This document shows, piece after piece, positions 61,698-64,000 of a DNA stretch of 64,000 bases (position 1 is the stretch's first letter; each line of letters opens with the position of its first letter). The notes beneath the pieces were generated by a model. That model searched no databases. It had not been told where the DNA came from and was given only the letters and a program-made list of their open reading frames with translations. The stretch is from positions 5,709,439 to 5,773,438 of the forward strand of contig CBDCJO010000002.1 of the NCBI GenBank assembly GCA_965217865.1, in the 5' to 3' direction. The DNA is from Candidatus Latescibacterota bacterium (GTDB lineage Bacteria; Latescibacterota; UBA2968; SICM01). The position numbers and the translations under genes are program-made.

Positions 61698-64000
61698 TTA
61701 CGACGTTCTGAGTTCAGCACCCGATGTCTCTTTCAGACGGTCCAGGATGCGTTCGCACAGTCCATCCACCTCGGCTTCCGATAGGGTGCGATCCGGAGCC
61801 CGAAACTTGAGTGCCAGGGCCACGCTCTTATGGTTTTCGGGGATATTTTCACCCCGGTAAAGATCGAAAACCTCGATGGATTCAACCATGGTCCCTGCAG
61901 TTTCCTGGATAACCGAGAGAAGGCCTCCCGCTTCGACTTCCTCTTTCACGACAAAGGCAAAATCGCGTTCCACCCCGGGAAACCGGGGTGGGGGTGTGAA
62001 TGCCCGCCTTTCATCGATCCCCGACAAAAGCTTCTCAAAATCGAGGGAGAATGCGAATACCGGTATCTCGATATCGAATGCCTGAGCGATCGAGCGCCGG
62101 ACCTGGCCGATACTCCCCACGACCTCACCCCCAAATCGAACCTCCGCGGACGGTCCCGGCTCGTAGGTGGGCGATTCGACCCGGGGTGTGGTCGGCACAC
62201 GGGTCGTGAGTTGCTCGAAAACCTGCTCCAGGATCCCCTTGAGGTCGAAGTAATCAACCGCTGACTTCGCCTCCTCCCAAAACGTGGATTCACGGGGGCC
62301 GATTAAAAGTCCAGCGACTTCGACCCGTTCCTCCGGGCCGTTCCCGGACTGCCGATTGAGGAAGATCTTCCCCAACTCGAAAATTCGGATCCGTTCGACC
62401 TTTCGATTCAGGTTCCATCTCGCAACATTCAATAGACTCGGGAGCAGTGCGGGCCGGAGAACCGAGGCCTGGGGGCTGACCGGATTGGACAATTCCACAG
62501 GTGTCGTCGCCCCCCCGGAGGCCGATATCCAGCGATCGTCTATGAGGGTGTTCGTCACCACTTCCGTCAAGCCCAGGCCCGTCAGGAGCGACAGGATCCT
62601 TTCGCGAAGCCGCTCTTCCCGGGACCGGCGGATTGACATTTTCCAGGCCCGAACTCCACGGCTCTTAATGCGATCGTAACCGTAGATGCGGGCGACCTCC
62701 TCGACAAGGTCGGCCTCCCGGATCAAATCGGGCCGATAGGAAGGAACCGTGACCCCGAGCTTCCCGTCCACCCCTGTGACTTGACACCCGAGCTGGGACA
62801 GGATTCGGCGGATGGTTTTAGAACTTAGATCCGTACCGAGCACTTCGTTTGCTCGCCGGGTTCGGAGTTCCACGGTCGAGGGAGACAGGGGTCGGGGATA
62901 AACATCGATATGGCCGGCGGCGCAAACACCTCCTGCCAGTTCCTGGATCATCCCAGCGACACGGTCCAACGCCCTGACAGGGGCGTCGAAGTCCGCTCCC
63001 CTCTCGAATCGAAGCGAGGCCTCAGAAGACAGATTCAGAAGGCGTCGCCCCCGGCGAACCCTCTTGGGATCGAAGAATGCGCTCTCGAGCAGGATATCGG
63101 TCGTGGACTCGGTGACTTCGGAGTCCGCTCCACCCATCACACCGGCCACCGCCACCGGCCTTTCGGCGTCCGCAATCACGAGGATATCGGGGGTGAGATC
63201 ACGATCCGTTCCATCAAGCGTTCTGATTCGCTCCCCGGATCTGGCCCTCCGGACTACGATTCGCCGGTCGGTCAACCGATTCAAGTCGAAAGCGTGGAGC
63301 GGGTGGCCCAGCTCCATCAGGACGAAGTTGGTAAGGTCCACGACGTTGTTGATCGGCCGAAGGCCAATAGATTCGAGGCGTCGCCGAAGCCAGCCGGGGG
63401 ACGGGCCCACCCGGACACCCGTGACGACCCGCGCCGCATAACGGGGACAACCTTCCTCATCTTCGATATCGACCGAAGCGAAATCGCCGATCGTGCGATC
63501 CCCACCCGACAGAGAAAGGGGTGGAAATCGCACCGGATGCCCAGTCAGGGCGCTGACCTCCCGGGCGACGCCGACAACGCTCATGCAGTCTGGTCTGTTT
63601 GGAGTCACTTCAAAATCGAGCAGGACATCGTCAAGCCCCAGCGCCCGGGAAAGCGGAGACCCCACGGGGGTCTCGGGAGACAGGACCATGATCCCCTCTC
63701 CGTCTTCTCCCAATTCGAGTTCCTTCTCCGAGCAAATCATCCCGGAAGAGAGGACACCCCTGAGAGACACGGCCTCGATGACTCGGCCTCCCGGAGTTCG
63801 ATGACCCGGGAGTATCAGGGGAACCTTCTGGCCGGCGGCGACATTTGGGGCGCCGCACACGATCTCATAGATCCCCTTGTCGCCGGTGTCCACCTTGCAA
63901 ATCGACAATCGATCCGCGTTTGGATGATTTTTGCGTTCGAGGATTCGACCCACCACGACTTCGTCAAGACCCCCCCCCATTTCACGGGCGGATTCAAGGG
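61698..64000 (-). CDS. pheT: Phenylalanine-tRNA ligase beta subunit (5' end outside the window)
   Basis: HPNADRL, CGAPN, TPNRPD, RFERG, DLVEEVARIYGY, FDX-ACB C-terminus; frame open to the window edge. Confidence 0.97.
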   Translation of the reverse strand, partial: LESAREMGGGLDEVVVGRILERKNHPNADRLSICKVDTGDKGIYEIVCGAPNVAAGQKVPLILPGHRTPGGRVIEAVSLRGVLSSGMICSEKELELGEDGEGIMVLSPETPVGSPLSRALGLDDVLLDFEVTPNRPDCMSVVGVAREVSALTGHPVRFPPLSLSGGDRTIGDFASVDIEDEEGCPRYAARVVTGVRVGPSPGWLRRRLESIGLRPINNVVDLTNFVLMELGHPLHAFDLNRLTDRRIVVRRARSGERIRTLDGTDRDLTPDILVIADAERPVAVAGVMGGADSEVTESTTDILLESAFFDPKRVRRGRRLLNLSSEASLRFERGADFDAPVRALDRVAGMIQELAGGVCAAGHIDVYPRPLSPSTVELRTRRANEVLGTDLSSKTIRRILSQLGCQVTGVDGKLGVTVPSYRPDLIREADLVEEVARIYGYDRIKSRGVRAWKMSIRRSREERLRERILSLLTGLGLTEVVTNTLIDDRWISASGGATTPVELSNPVSPQASVLRPALLPSLLNVARWNLNRKVERIRIFELGKIFLNRQSGNGPEERVEVAGLLIGPRESTFWEEAKSAVDYFDLKGILEQVFEQLTTRVPTTPRVESPTYEPGPSAEVRFGGEVVGSIGQVRRSIAQAFDIEIPVFAFSLDFEKLLSGIDERRAFTPPPRFPGVERDFAFVVKEEVEAGGLLSVIQETAGTMVESIEVFDLYRGENIPENHKSVALALKFRAPDRTLSEAEVDGLCERILDRLKETSGAELRTS

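Noticed and set aside
63968-63980. Poly-G tract near the pheT 5' end as a frameshift
   Set aside because: The frame stays open to the window edge (LESAREMGGGLD).

Overview
Bacterial chromosomal window with two parts. The right ~14 kb (50.1-64 kb) is a minus-strand housekeeping block (pheT partial, zapB, zapA, rny, ymdB, xseA, xseB, nadK, recN, pgsA-like, a large exported metallophosphoesterase/thioredoxin fusion) ending in tRNA-Cys(GCA) and tRNA-Leu(TAA). Everything downstream of tRNA-Leu (1-50.1 kb) looks like an accreted, decaying accessory region with no integrase in view. It contains (i) ~21 kb of co-oriented small stand-alone enzyme genes, partly separated by attC-like hairpins and a shared intergenic repeat family, suggesting a decayed integron cassette array; (ii) a TonB receptor/lipoprotein pair; (iii) a hybrid histidine kinase split by an IS; (iv) 2OG/Fe(II) dioxygenase and oxidoreductase genes; and (v) a gmaS-mgsABC methylamine (N-methylglutamate) cluster truncated at both ends. 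Four IS elements or fragments, three copies of the tRNA-Leu terminator hairpin, nested REP-like palindromes and many pseudogenes are visible. All calls come from motif recognition by eye; no database searches were run.
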